Shown here: piece by piece, positions 42,247-56,769 of the stretch
Numbering within the stretch: position 1 is the first letter of the stretch
How the letters are laid out: each line of letters begins with the position of its first letter
From: the human T2T-CHM13v2.0 reference genome, Homo sapiens
Strand: one strand, 5' to 3'
NCBI RefSeq assembly: GCF_009914755.1
Contig: NC_060931.1
DNA length: 64,000 nt
Made by a program: the position numbers and the translations under genes
Notes under the pieces: model-generated
What the model was told of the DNA's origin: nothing
Seen by the model: the letters and a program-made list of their open reading frames with translations, nothing else
Database searches by the model: none

Positions 42247-44012
42247 GTAAGTTCCTCTCAAAGTCAGCCTCCTGAGGCGGACTGGATACCAAGCTGGGAG
42301 GAAGAGATGTGGTTTCTTGGTGTGAATGGGGCTGCAAATGGGTAGAGTTAGGCAGTGGTGGGGTCTTCATTCTTTAGTGGCTACAGCAGAAATCGAGAGA
42401 AGGGTTGGGTGGATGAAAGGGTAAGTAACAGAAAGCAGCTCCTCTCTCCAGCTATCAGGCCAGGCTTCCCCTGGAAGAAAATGTGAACACTGGTGAAAAG
42501 GGCATTCAAGCAATAACAAAAAATAGCCAGCACTTTTTTCTCCCCAGACAGGTTGTTCTTTTCTCCCTGTTAGCAATAGACAGGACAGTAAGCATTTTGT
42601 GCATGTAAACAGAACTGTGCTGTTTAGGGTCAGAGAAAATAAAACCAATTTTAAGTGAGTGGAAGCAACTATTCTAAATACAAGCCAGTGATTCTCCAAA
42701 GTCTCCCATTGTGATCCATACAGCAGTTGGTGGCTTCAGATGGGCCTCTGTTAGAACAGTTAAATGCCTAGGGCTGGGGACCATTGGTGGGTTTAGGATG
42801 AAGATTATTCACAGGAGGATGACAGCAAGCCAGAGCGACGCTCAGCCTTTCACCATCCTCTGAGTAGCTGAGTCATAGCTAACAAGGTGTACTCATGAAT
42901 CCTGCCAAAGCTGCTATAATCTCATCATGGCTTTCAATATCCCAGAATATTCACTAGGAAGGCCAAATGATTGATTAAGCTTTATGGTAAATTACCAAGC
43001 TGAAATTCTTCTCCACATAATGTCCTTAATGGAAGCCCACATGCCCCACCCACCCATCTTAAAGGTGAAACGATCAAAGCTCATTTCAGACACCCATGCA
43101 GTTTCAAGACATGCTGTTTTTATGCCTCTGCTGGCCATCTGGCTCAATTTGCCCTGCCTCATAGGAAAAAAAAAGTATCTTATAGAAAGTTAAGCATGAT
43201 TATAACTTCAAAAAACAGCAGGATGCAAAATAATCTTGCAAGTGGTTTTATTTTGGAAAATCTCATTTACATAGAAGAAATATATAAGAAAAGGATAATT
43301 CAAGAGTAGATTTTAAAAACCCATTAATCAGACTGAGTTGTACCTTCTATCCTGTGCCGTCTATTCCTTTGTGAAAGTGTATCTTGGAGAAGTTATAAGT
43401 AAAGCTAATGAAAGTCTTTTTTAATTGTATATAAATATAAAACTGAACTTTGTTGAAAACATATGAACTATTACTATGACTGAGGCTTGAATGGTTATAG
43501 GATTAAACCACATTCAAAGTGACTAATAAAGCAGAACACACAATTAATGAAAATTTTAAATTAGCACTTATTTTCATTGTCAGTAGCATGTATGACACAC
43601 ATACCTGGTATCTGCTATTTGGCCTGGTGCTTCCTCCGACTTTATCCTGAGGTTAACTCAGCTTTCAGTCAAAAGAACTTAAGTGTTGGTGGCCTTGCGT
43701 GTGTTAGTGTTCCTCAGCTGTCCACGTCCTGCTTTCTTACCTTTTCTTTGCTTTTTTAAGACACTTTTTTTCTTTTGAAACCTTCTTGTTGCATAAATAT
43801 TTGTCATCTTGATTGTTCTTTATATATTTATAAAAGGCCATCCCTGTATTGCACTTTACATCTGGCATCTCTCTAACCAGATGTAGCCAGCAGACCGTTT
43901 GTAGGAACTGACCATGTTTTTTATTTTACTTTTTGTTTTGGTTTTGATACTGTGCTTTTTTGTAGGAAGGCAGGTACTCACAAGGGAAAGATGTAAATAC
44001 TGAATTATTTAT

Positions 44013-44287
<275 letters not shown>

Positions 44288-44505
44288 TCATGAGGCACTT
44301 ATTTAAGCTGCTTAGTTATCTGTCTTTACAGTATTGTTTGTCATTTGTTAATGAAACTTATTGTTTGGTTGAAACATTTTTAAAGTACCTCTTTTTCTAA
44401 AGGTATTTCATTGTAATAATAATACCATTTTATTTTACTTAATCTTGCCAAAAAGCTACCAGAAAGGTGACCTCATTCCCAACATCTGAATTTCTTCTCT
44501 TCCAG

Positions 44506-44601
44506 GACTCCTGATAGTTCAGGATGCTTCAGAGAGGGCAGCACTTATACCTGGTGGTCTTTCTGATGGTCAGTTTTATTCCCCTCCTGAATCCGAAGCA
44601 G
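44506..44601 (+). CDS. STARD3NL: STARD3NL exon 7, aa 185-217, contains phospho-FFAT QFYSPPE (44571-44591)
   Basis: ttccag|GA...GCAG|gtaaaa; encodes RLLIVQDASERAALIPGGLSDGQFYSPPESEA (96 nt, phase 1-1). Confidence 0.96.
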
Positions 44602-45199
44602 GTAAAAAACTTGATTATTATTTGTGCTTGTATCTCTCATTCAAAGGCTCTGCTCTTCCTTCCTTTCCCTACCCCCTCTGTTTCTCAATATACTTAGCTA
44701 ACATCTAACATGCCAGGCATTAGGGATATGAAAATAGGTGAGACACGGTCTCACATGAAACCAGTGGTAAGACACAGAGTTGTAAAAATAAATGTCATGG
44801 AGGAGTGATTAGACACCATGATTTGTGATATGTATCTTAGAAGACACACAGACAAGGGGAAGCGTCTCAGTGCTCTCATTATTGCGGTTCATCACCAAAC
44901 CAACCTCCCTCTAGGACTCCCATATCTGAGAATGGCAGCACTGTCCAGCCAGTTGCCCAGCTCAAACACCAGAGCCTCACTGTTGGCTTCACCCCGTTCT
45001 TATGGCTCACATCTCATCATTCACAAAGCTGTTTCCATCCTCTCTCCCTTATTTCTACCTCCATTTTCTCATTCAAATCCTGCCACTTCTTATCAGCTCC
45101 AACCTCATTTCAGCATTACTTTCTGCAGTTTCTGCAAGAGCCTTTGTCTCCCTGCCTCCAGTTTTGTCTTTCACTAACCAGCAACCAGAGTGCTCTGTT

Positions 45200-46150
<951 letters not shown>

Positions 46151-47074
46151 AAAACCCACTATTTTTAAAATTGCTAACACTTTTTTAAGTGTCAGGTGCT
46201 GTTCTAAGCTTTATTAATATTCACTCATTTACTCCTCCCTTGTCTGCTTATCTTCTGAGATACAGATCACAAACCATAGTGTCTAATCACTCCTCCATTA
46301 CATCCATTTTTTATAAGTCTGTGTCTTACCACTAATCTCTTGTAAGATTGTGTCTAACCTATTTTCATATTCTTAATGCCTGGCATATTAGATGTTTGCT
46401 AAGTGCATCCACTCTGTGATGTAAAACTCGTATTATCCCTAATGTAGAGATGAGCAAATGTGGCACAGAGAAGTGAAGCAATTTACCCAATATCACACTA
46501 ATAATAAGTGGTGTAGCTGGGATTTGAAGCTGGGGTCCAGTGCTAGAGTTCATGCTTATAACTGCTAAAGTATATTAGCCTCTTGGTGTTTATGAAAATA
46601 TAGACTTGGTCATGCCAGTCCCCTGCTCAAAAGCCTTCAGTAGCATAAAGGATAAAGAAATCAGTAGATCTTAGCCTGGCTGGAAGTGCCCCTGTGGGCA
46701 CTGTCACCAGTTGTCTAGCTTCTCACCTTGTGACTGCCTTCTGGTGTGCTGTTCATAGCTCTTCTGAAAATGATGTGCTCTAGGGCCCTCCAGCCATTGT
46801 CCACCTTGCTGTTTCCATTCTGAGCATGATCTCCTCTGCAATCCTAGTGTTTGCTCACATGTTCCCATGTTCTTCCCAGCCATGCCTACCCTTCCCATCG
46901 CTCCCGGCAGTCTTAGAACATCCTTAGCATGTTCTTTGGAACCTCTTCCACAGCCCTGTCATCCTGTGTTGTCTGCACTGCCTTCAGCGCTGACCTGGTC
47001 TGTTTCTACTGCGGGTTGTAAACTTGAGTTAGAGACTACATCATTGTATTCCCTACATTAGGCCTAGTTAATAT

Positions 47075-47078
<4 letters not shown>

Positions 47079-47112
<34 letters not shown>
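47079..47112. repeat. (CA)n microsatellite
   Basis: Direct observation. Confidence 0.95.
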
Positions 47113-47117
<5 letters not shown>

Positions 47118-48719
47118 GGTAAAAGGGATTCCAGACAGAAAGAGCCATGAATGATTGAAGATTACAGCCATGTGAAATATCAGTGTACTGGAGGAACTCC
47201 AAGTAACTTGAGATTCTGGACTATTGGTGTTGGATCTGAAAGCAGCATACAACACAGAAACATAGAGCTAGATGAAATACAGATATGGATTTGTAGAAAA
47301 TCTGTTTCTAAAACAGTAAAAACTAGAATTTAGTATTAAATTGTTTATTACCTCATAAGGATTATTTCATTGAGATGTTTTGTGTCATAGGACTTTACTC
47401 TTTGAAAAAAGGAAATTCATATTAGAGTTCATGCATCTCTACTTCTTTTTCTAAGACTAATACAGGTTCTCAGTACTAATGTATTTTCTTAACTAGAGTT
47501 CAGAACATAGAATAGTAGTGATACGAGGAACACGGTCTCAAGCATGCCTCATCAAACTTTCTAGTTCTGGGATCCATCTGCATTTCACCTTTATCATTTA
47601 CCACCACCTAGTGGTACCTTGGAGCATTACCATTTCCTTGAGTCAGGAAGGTAAACAAGAACAAAACATTTTCATGGTGTTCCACTGTGTAGCTGCTTTG
47701 TTTGACAAAAGACAGGTTACTAATGGGCAGAGAAGGAGTGGTCAGAGTGGACTACCTTATTATATTTGCATTGTCTGAATGTTCAATTTAGGAAAGAATT
47801 AAAAATGAAAACTGTTACTGGAATTAATATGCCTAGAAAAAAAAGACTACTCTAGAGCAAAGCTTTTCCCTTATGCCAATAGCTAAAAATTGAAGCCTTT
47901 CAGTAGCTTGAGGTTCTAAGCTGCTGTTGCCCTGCTACAGCACTGACTTCCCTGGTACACATGAGGGCGTCCGAAAAAGGCCTGACGTGCCTTTTTTTGT
48001 CTTTTTTTCCTCCACCACCTAATACAGTACCTGGCTTATATTAGACTTATAACTGTTGAAGAAAGGGATGAAAAGAAAAGGGAAAGAAATAGGAGGCACC
48101 ATAAACAAAAATGTTAGCATTTTTCCTTGTAAAGGAGCAGCCTGAATTTTAGTACCACAGGGATAGCACGGTTTATTAGATATACTTGTAAAGGATATAA
48201 AAATAGTTTGTTTGCAGGCTTGCTTGTTGATCAGACCGCATCCTGCATCCCTTTGTATTAAATGGAAAGAATTAGGAAGCATGATCCTCTCTCAGATGAC
48301 TGGGTTGAAATTATGTGTGGTCAGAGAGCTTAAGTGAACCAGTTATGAAGCTGAAGAAAGGGTAATTTTTCACTTCCTAAACCATGGAAAGATTAACTTA
48401 AAATGAGGAATTGCTCAATTGCATAATATAGCCTGTCCTGTGCAAGTCTAGATAAGGCATTCATTACAATTCTAAGTTGCCACCTCCCCAGAGTAGCCAT
48501 GCATCCTGGTTTGCCTGCAGCAGCCTTGCCTTCTTCTGGTTGCCCCATATAGTTATTATTAGAAGCCCTTGTATCTCTCAGCAGTGTTCTTGTTTAGATG
48601 ATCATTTCTATGATCACCCTATGTGTCGTGAATAGATTCGAAACACAGCTTTTTCCTTTTAATCAAAATTTTGAAAATTATTGAAAAGTCATTGCCAGGG
48701 ATACTGAATTATATTGACT

Positions 48720-50570
48720 TTTTAAAAAAGCTTGATTGAGGTGTAATTTGCATATAATAAAACTCATCCATTGTAAATGTATAATTGCATGATTTTTAGT
48801 AAATTTATAAATTTTTAATCAATATTACAGTGTAATTTTGGAAGTTTCATTACTTGAAAAACTTCTTTCATGCTCATTTGCAGTTAATCCCCACTTCTAC
48901 CTCTAATCCTAAGTAACCACTGATCTTCTTTGTATCTTGACAAATTTACCTTTCCTGGGCATTTAATGTAAATGTAGTGATATGATACATGGCTTTTTGC
49001 ATCCAGCCTCTTGCTTAGCATAAGGTTTGAGGACCAACCATGTTGTAGCATATATCAGTGTTTTGCTCCTTTTTGTGGCTGGGTATTATTCCATTATATG
49101 GATATACAACATATTGTCTGTATCCACAAGTTGATGGACATTTAGATTGTTTCCACCTTTTGGTTATTATAAGTATATCCAGCTATGAACATTCATGTAC
49201 ATGCCTCTGTGTGGATGTTTATTTTTGTAATTCTTGAACAGATTTCTAAGAGAGGATTTGCTGTGTCATGTGGCAAGTTTCTGTTTAACTTTTTTTAAAA
49301 TTGTCAAACTGTTCTTGATCGTGGCTGTTTTATTTTACGTTCCCTCCAATAATGTACAGTAGTCCTTTCTTATCCACAGTTTCACTTACCTGAGGTCAAT
49401 TGAGGTCTGAAAATATTAAATGGAAAATTCCAGAAATAAACAGTCCATAAGTTTTTAATTGTGTGCCGTTCTGAGTAGCATGATGAAATCCCACACTCTC
49501 CTGCTTCGTCCTGTCCAGAACGTGAATCATCCCTCTGTCCAGCAGATCCACACTGTATGCACTGCCCACCTGGTAGTCACTTAGGAGCCATCCAGGTTAT
49601 CAGATTGACCATCCCAGTATCACAGTGCTTGTGTTCAAGTAATCCTTATTTCACTTAACAATGGCAAAGTAGTAATTCTGGCAATTCATATATGCCAAAG
49701 AGAAACCATAAAGTGCTTCCTTTAAGTGAAAAGGTGACAGTTCTCAACTTAATAAGAAAAGAAAAAAAAACATATGCTGAACTTTATCATGTTCGTCTTA
49801 TGGCAAACTTTTTCATAGGTATGTATGTATAAGAAAAAACATAATACTGATAGGATACAGTACTATCTGTGGTTTCAGGTATTCAGGGATAAGGGAGATT
49901 ACTGTGTATGCATTTCAGTTTCTCCATATATTCACCAATGCTTAGTATGGGGTCTTTTTGATCATATCCCGGCTAGCAGATTTAAAGTGGTATCTCATTG
50001 TGGTTTTAATTTGTATGTTTGTAGTGATACTGAGATATTTTTCATGTTTCTATTATATGTAATTCATAAGTCTTATTTAGAGAAAAATCTATCTCAAGTC
50101 TTTTGCCATATTTTTAATTGTGTTTTCTTTTTATTATTGAGTTGTAAGAATTCTTTACACATTCCAGATAAAAGTGTTTTCATATATGATTTACAAATAT
50201 TTTTCCCAGTCTATTATTTGTCTTTCCATTTCTTCCTAGAGTCTTTTGAAGCACAAGTTTTAAATTTTGATTAAGTGTAGTTTATGAATTTGTTCTCTTA
50301 TGGATAATATATTTGTGTTCATATCTAAGAACTCTTTAACTCTATGACATGAAGATTTTCTCCTACATTTTCTTCTAAAAGGTTTTTTAGTTTTACATGT
50401 TTCAATTAAGATTACAATACATTTTGAATTGATTTTCAAATATGGAGGAGGTAAGGGATTAATTCATTCTCTTGCTTTTGGATACTCAGTTGAACAGCAC
50501 AAGTTCTTGAAAAGACAACCTTTCCCCATTGTACTGATTTGACACGTTTGCTAAAATCAGTTTACTATAA
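48720..50570 (-). mobile_element. Old L1 (L1MB/MC-type) 3' region, antisense
   Basis: gatggacatttagattgtttccacc; gtggtatctcattgtggttttaatttg. Confidence 0.8.
49357..49904. mobile_element. MER44 (Tigger7-derived) nested in L1
   Basis: TA|CAGTAGTCC...CTTATCC at the left end and GGATAAGGG...TACTG at the right end. Confidence 0.8.
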
Positions 50571-53500
50571 ACTGATTTTGTGCCAAACCAATTTTTATTT
50601 TTTTAATTCTGCTTTCTTAAGGTGAATACTTATATGATTGATTTGATACTTTTTTTTTCTTTTCTTATATAGCCATTTAAAGCCATAAATTTTCCTCTAG
50701 GAATTGCTTTAGTGATATCACATGAATTTTGATATGTTGTGTTTTCATTTGAATGCATTCCTTGGCTTTCAGCAGGTTGACACGGATGTGTCTGCATGTG
50801 GATCTCTTTGTATATATCCTAATCTGTGTTTATTCTCCTTATAAAATGTGTGGATTAATATTTCTCAGCCAATTTGAGAAATTTGAACCATTAATTCTTC
50901 AAACATTTTTCTGACATTTTCCTCCTTCTGGGATTCCCATTACATGGTTGATTGATATGCTTGATGTCTCTGAGCACTTCAACTTTTCTTCAGTCTTTTT
51001 CTTTCACTCAGAGATAGTTTGTTTTGACTGTCATTTTTTCCTGGGAATGGTCACACTTTCTTGAATCTTTGCCTATCTTGTTTTTTGTTTTTTTTTTTTT
51101 TGATGAAAAGTATTTTGCTGAAAATAAAGTAACTCTGGATTCTGATTTTTTTCCTGAAACATTGCTGTTCTTGCTCTTTATTTGTTTAGTAAAGAGCTAT
51201 ATCTTTATATAGCTGTGCTAAATCTGTGAAATCTATACACCCTAGGATGTGTGGCTGCTTCTGTTTTCTCTCAGTTTTTTGTTTTATTGTCCATTAATTC
51301 TTGCCTATATTTTTAAGCCTAGCTTCCTAGGAGTTACCCATGTCTAGAGCCTACTGATTAGGCAGAGCCTAGCTAGTGATTACACAGAGGATTGCACTCA
51401 AATACCTGGATCAAGGCTTCCATCCTCTGCCAGGTAGAAATGTACATGGGTTGGATAGCACCTTCAGCGTTCAGGCCATTTTCAAGTCCTCCCCAGCTTT
51501 TACTTTCTGCTAAGTCCTTTCCTGCTCTCTCTGCGTATGCTTAGAGCTCAGGCTAATTGGCTGGCTTGGGCTCTCTTGGGTCTCCTCTGTGCATGGAGAC
51601 AACACCAGCTGGGCATATGCTTGTCCCAGTGGTGACCACAACTCAGCCTCCCAGAGTAGTTGGCCCTTTCTGCTCACCTGCCTCTGAATTTGTCACTTCA
51701 CTGTCAGTGTCACTGGGCATGAGCATGGCTCCCCACTCCAAACTAAGCGATCTCCCTTCAACTGAGTAGCTTTACTGCCAGTCCCCATGGCCTGCCTCAC
51801 CCTAGCAGAACCTCCATGCCCATTGAGCTGGGTACTGGGAGGTTGGAGAAGAACAGGAGCAGCTCCAGGCAAGACACAACTGCTATTCCCTGAATTCTGC
51901 AGTGTTTCAAACATAAACATTTCTCCAGTTGTTGTGTGCTTTTGGTCATTTCTCCAGTGGTGAGATGGCTAGTTTTGCCCATTTTGCCACATTTTGGGGG
52001 TGCCTTTCAGGGAGAGGATTTATTGACTTCTTCACTTGGCCGTAGCAAGAAGTCTCTTTTAAAATATGTAAAGAAGACATATTGTTATATTTTAATTAAG
52101 GGTTTAGCTTTATTTAGGACTCCCAAATAATTCCAAGACATGGCAACTCACTGTGGTTTCAGTGCCACTGGCCTAGCAGATTGAAGTGAGCTTGGGAACA
52201 GGAAGATCTGATGTGACCATCTTCCTCATCCTCCTTCCACAGTAAGGACAGGCAGTTCCCCACCTCCTGTCTCTATGATGGACAGTGTGTTAATAGGGTA
52301 GAAAGTAAAGTCTTCAACAGTTAAGTCTTTACCTATTCATTTTACTACAAATTCAACCTAACCGTGTGACATTTATGAGGTTAAAATGTTTTCTTCAGAT
52401 TATCAGGCATTCTTTCCCTATAACAAATTTGTTCTTGGCTATAATTCAGGTAGACATTCTCCTTAGGGAAAAAAAAATGTCCTTTTTAAAGTATCTTATC
52501 TAACAAGGTTCAGGCGTAGTTGAGAGAGGCTGCAGCTTTTACGTGTGAATTGATGGCATCTCTCACCCCCTACTTTGGTCTTCTCTCAGGGCCTCCTCTG
52601 CTTTTTTTTTAATTCCTCTTCCCTGATTATGAAAGCCATGCATTTAAAAAAGTGGAAAGAACAAAAATTAGAAATCACGTATCCTTCAAATTATTTGGTA
52701 ACATCAGTATTGACAGTTTAGTTTCCTTCTTGGGGTGTGTGTATGTGTGTGTGTCTGTGTGTTTAATCTCACATCATTGTGCCCATGCTGCCTATATTAT
52801 TCATATTCTGCTTTTTAAAAATATAATTTAAAAATTATTAATAAAGTCAATTCAAGTTTATTGTAGAAATGTTAAAATATCCAGAAAAATATATAAAAGT
52901 TACGTGGTTATTTTCTTCTACTCTTTCTCGTTTGCACACATATATTTGGTTTTTAATTTTATCAAATGTGATCTCATGGCATTTAAAGTTTTATTTGCTA
53001 TACATTTGCTTTCACCTTACAGCGCATGCATTTTTCATGTTATAAATTCTATATAACCATAATTTTAAGTGGATACAAGATATTTTATGGAACTACAGTA
53101 TTAACCTTTCTTCTATTCTCAGACACTTAGCTTTCTTTTCTAATTTTTAGAGAGAAAATCTACATAATGAATAATAAGCATTATTTCCTCAGGGATAGGT
53201 CTATCCTAAGGAAAGAATTCCAGAGCGGAATGACCAGGTCAAATCTAGGAATATCCTGAAGCTCATGAGACATTGATCCAGAAGGGCCAGACTGTGGTCA
53301 CTGCCACAGTGCTCTCTCACTGCTCTCTCGCTCGTCTGCCACAGCCATTGTTAGAAACACCTAGATTCAATTATTTGTACCAAGCTCAACATTTTTGCAT
53401 GTAAAAAAATATATGCAAGCTTGTCAGCAAAGAGGCAGAGGAAGAATAGTGATTGATAATAGTTATTGGTCTGCATGAATATTCTTAGTACATAAGTGAA

Positions 53501-53729
53501 ATCCATTTTGACAGATTAGTGTAAGTGATAGATTATTGTTTAAAGGTTTTCCTGTTACAAGAAATAAATAAAGCTTTCAAATAGCAGTTAACCTAAATCT
53601 CTTGAGGATTAAACATATGTTTAATGTTTTTATGTGTATATGTTATAATTTTAAACCTATTTATTTAAAATAGTTTGTTACTGTAATGGAATGAAATACT
53701 TTTTCTTTGTCCCCTTCTCCACCATGTAG

Positions 53730-53785
53730 GATCTGAAGAAGCTGAAGAAAAACAGGACAGTGAGAAACCACTTTTAGAACTATGA
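53730..53785 (+). CDS. STARD3NL: STARD3NL exon 8 coding part, aa 217-234 and stop (exon extends to 53802)
   Basis: catgtag|GA TCT GAA... encodes GSEEAEEKQDSEKPLLEL, TGA at 53783-53785, donor AAA|gtaagt at 53802/53803. Confidence 0.95.
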
Positions 53786-54834
53786 GTACTACTTTTGTTA
53801 AAGTAAGTGTTTGAAATGAAACCATAACAACAAAGTAGTTAAGTATGGAGATTTCCTTTGAGTAGAGTCAAAGTAGAATTCAAAGAATAAGAGTGTAAGG
53901 ATAGCCAGAGTTATCTTACTTGCATGAATTTATCAGTCACATTTTATTAATGCCAAGTGTCTTAACATTTTTTATACAGGTATACATTTATAAGGTTTTG
54001 AAAATACCTCAGATTTCTAAATTTCTAAAGAATAGAGATGAATTTATGTTAATTTACTTAGCCAGAATGTCTACATGCCAGTCACATGTCATTGTTTTAA
54101 TGACAGGTACTAATCTATGTTAAGAGGACAGCAGTCCTGTGAGATGCAGGTGCTGTTATCACCTCCATTTTACATTTGAAGCAGCAGAGACATAGAATGG
54201 GTCACTTATCCAAGGTTGCACAGCTAGACGAGGCAGCGCTGGGGCTCAGGCCCACACTTTCTGGTACCAGGTCCACTGCAGCCCCTCACTGGGACATTTC
54301 TCAAGGATTTTGGAGCCTCTGAGATGAAAGCTGCTGTACATCCAAAGCAGTCATGCTTAATGGGCTCCAAAGTGGAACACATTGTTAAATCCCTTTAAGT
54401 CATCAAAGAAAATCATTTTAACCTCATAAATAGAAGGCAATTGAAGTAAATTGTAGTAGCAGCAAATCTGCCTGACAGTTTAACCACAGAAGGAAAAAGC
54501 TGCCAGATTGTGAGTCATTGGGAAGCTGGGATAGAAGCTGACTGGGTGGGAGAGGTAGCCAAGGTCACGGCGCATGGAGCCCCAGTGCCTGCCTCCTCAG
54601 CCCCCAGCACACCTCAGCCGCGTCTCTCCACCACAGTCATGTAGACGCGAAGCAAAAATGTGGGCATGCTCGTAGTTGAGCCTTTTCTAAAATGTTTTAA
54701 CATGAATTCTAATGTGACCACACGCATGGTCCTTCGTGTGTCTGTCACAGCCCCTCTTCAGCACACAGACTTTTATGTACATGTAAGGTGAAATGCTATT
54801 TATTAAATACTTTTGTCTTCTCTCTTTTTCTAAG

Positions 54835-55580
54835 TGTGAAAAACCCTCACAGAAAGTCATCGAGGCAAAAAGAGGCAGGCAGTGGAGTCTCCCTGTCGAC
54901 AGTAAAGTTGAAATGGTGACGTCCACTGCTGGCTTTATTGAACAGCTAATAAAGATTTATTTATTGTAATACCTCACAAACGTTGTACCATATCCATGCA
55001 CATTTAGTTGCCTGCCTGTGGCTGGTAAGGTAATGTCATGATTCATCCTCTCTTCAGTGAGACTGAGCCTGATGTGTTAACAAATAGGTGAAGAAAGTCT
55101 TGTGCTGTATTCCTAATCAAAAGACTTAATATATTGAAGTAACACTTTTTTAGTAAGCAAGATACCTTTTTATTTCAATTCACAGAATGGAATTTTTTTG
55201 TTTCATGTCTCAGATTTATTTTGTATTTCTTTTTTAACACTCTACATTTCCCTTGTTTTTTAACTCATGCACATGTGCTCTTTGTACAGTTTTAAAAAGT
55301 GTAATAAAATCTGACATGTCAATGTGGCTAGTTTTATTTTTCTTGTTTTGCATTATGTGTATGGCCTGAAGTGTTGGACTTGCAAAAGGGGAAGAAAGGA
55401 ATTGCGAATACATGTAAAATGTCACCAGACATTTGTATTATTTTTATCATGAAATCATGTTTTTCTCTGATTGTTCTGAAATGTTCTAAATACTCTTATT
55501 TTGAATGCACAAAATGACTTAAACCATTCATATCATGTTTCCTTTGCGTTCAGCCAATTTCAATTAAAATGAACTAAATT
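54835..55580 (+). other. STARD3NL: STARD3NL exon 9 (3'UTR only)
   Basis: Long pyrimidine tract ttttgtcttctctctttttctaag|TGTG. Poly(A) hexamers at 54948, 55303 and 55563. Confidence 0.8.
55563..55568 (+). terminator. STARD3NL: Distal polyadenylation signal ATTAAA (proximal AATAAA at 54948-54953 and 55303-55308)
   Basis: The hexamer is followed about 20 nt later by a GU/U-rich element (ctgtgtgctgtttttt). Confidence 0.65.
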
Positions 55581-55755
55581 ATACTGTGTGCTGTTTTTTC
55601 AAACATGAATATTCCCCTTGACTCAAGGGAAGTCAGGATGTCTGTTAGTTTTCTTTCATCATTCATTGTGTCATTGAAGAAAAACCTAATTGCCTGTAGT
55701 GGTGATGATGCTGGCTTGGGTAGAAACTGACCTTTTGTGCATATCAAGTCACTTC

Positions 55756-56769
55756 TGAAGGGGTGGCCTGCCCCTCCACACCTGTGGGTATTTCTAGTCG
55801 GGTGGGGCGAGAGACTGAGAAAAGAAATAAGACGCAGAGACAAAGTATAGAGAAACAATAGTGGGCCCAGGGGACCGGTGCTCAGCACACCAAGGACCTG
55901 CACCGGCACCGGCCTCTGAGTGTCTTCAGTTTTTGTTCATTATTATTTTCATTATTTCAGCAAAAAGGAATGTAGTAGGAGAGCAGGGTGATAATAAGGA
56001 GAAGGTCAACAAAAAACGTGAGCAAAAGAATCTATATCATAATTAAGTTCGAGGGAAAGTACTATGCCTGGACGTGCACGTAGGCCAGATTTATGTTTCT
56101 CTCCACCCAAACATCTCAGTGGAGTAAAGAATAACAAGGCAGTATTATTGCAAACATGTCTCACCTCCTGCCACAGGGCAGCTTTTCTCCTATCTCAGAC
56201 TTGAACAAATGTACAATCGGGTTTTATACCGAGACATTCAGTTCCCAGGGGCAAGCAGGAGACAGTGGCCTTCCTCCACGTCAACTGCAAGAGGCTTTCC
56301 TCTTTTACTAATCCACCTCAGCACAGACCCTTTACGGGTGTCGGGCTGGGGGACAGTCAGGTCTTTCTCATCCCACAAGGCCATATTTCAGACTATCACA
56401 TGGGGAGAAACCTTGGACAATACCCCGCTTTCAAGGGCAGAGGTCCCTGCGGCTTTCCACAATGCATTGTGCCCCTGGTTTATTGAGACTAGAGAATGGC
56501 AATGACTTTTACCAAGTATACTGCTTGTAAACATTTTGTTAACAAGGCACGTCCTGCACAGCCTTAGATCCCTTAAACCTTGATTTTATACAACACATGT
56601 TTTTGTGAGCTCCAGGTTGGGGCAAAGTGGCTGGAGCAAAGCTACAAATTAACAACATCTCAGCAAAGCAATTGTTTAAAGTACAGGTCTTTTTCAAAAT
56701 GGAGTCTCTTGTGTCTTTCCTTTCTACATAGACACAGTGACAGTCTGATCTCTCTTTCTTTTCCCTACA
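55756..56769 (-). mobile_element. HERV-K(HML-2) solo LTR, LTR5A-like
   Basis: The reverse complement begins TGTAGGGAAAAGAAAGAGAGATCAGACTG and ends GGAGGGGCAGGCCACCCCTTCA. Length 1014 bp, 5-bp TSD ACTTC (55751-55755, 56770-56774). Confidence 0.92.

Noticed and set aside
53184-53213. Short imperfect hairpin ttcctcagggatag-gt-ctatcctaaggaa
   Set aside because: Short and imperfect enough to arise by chance; no supporting context.
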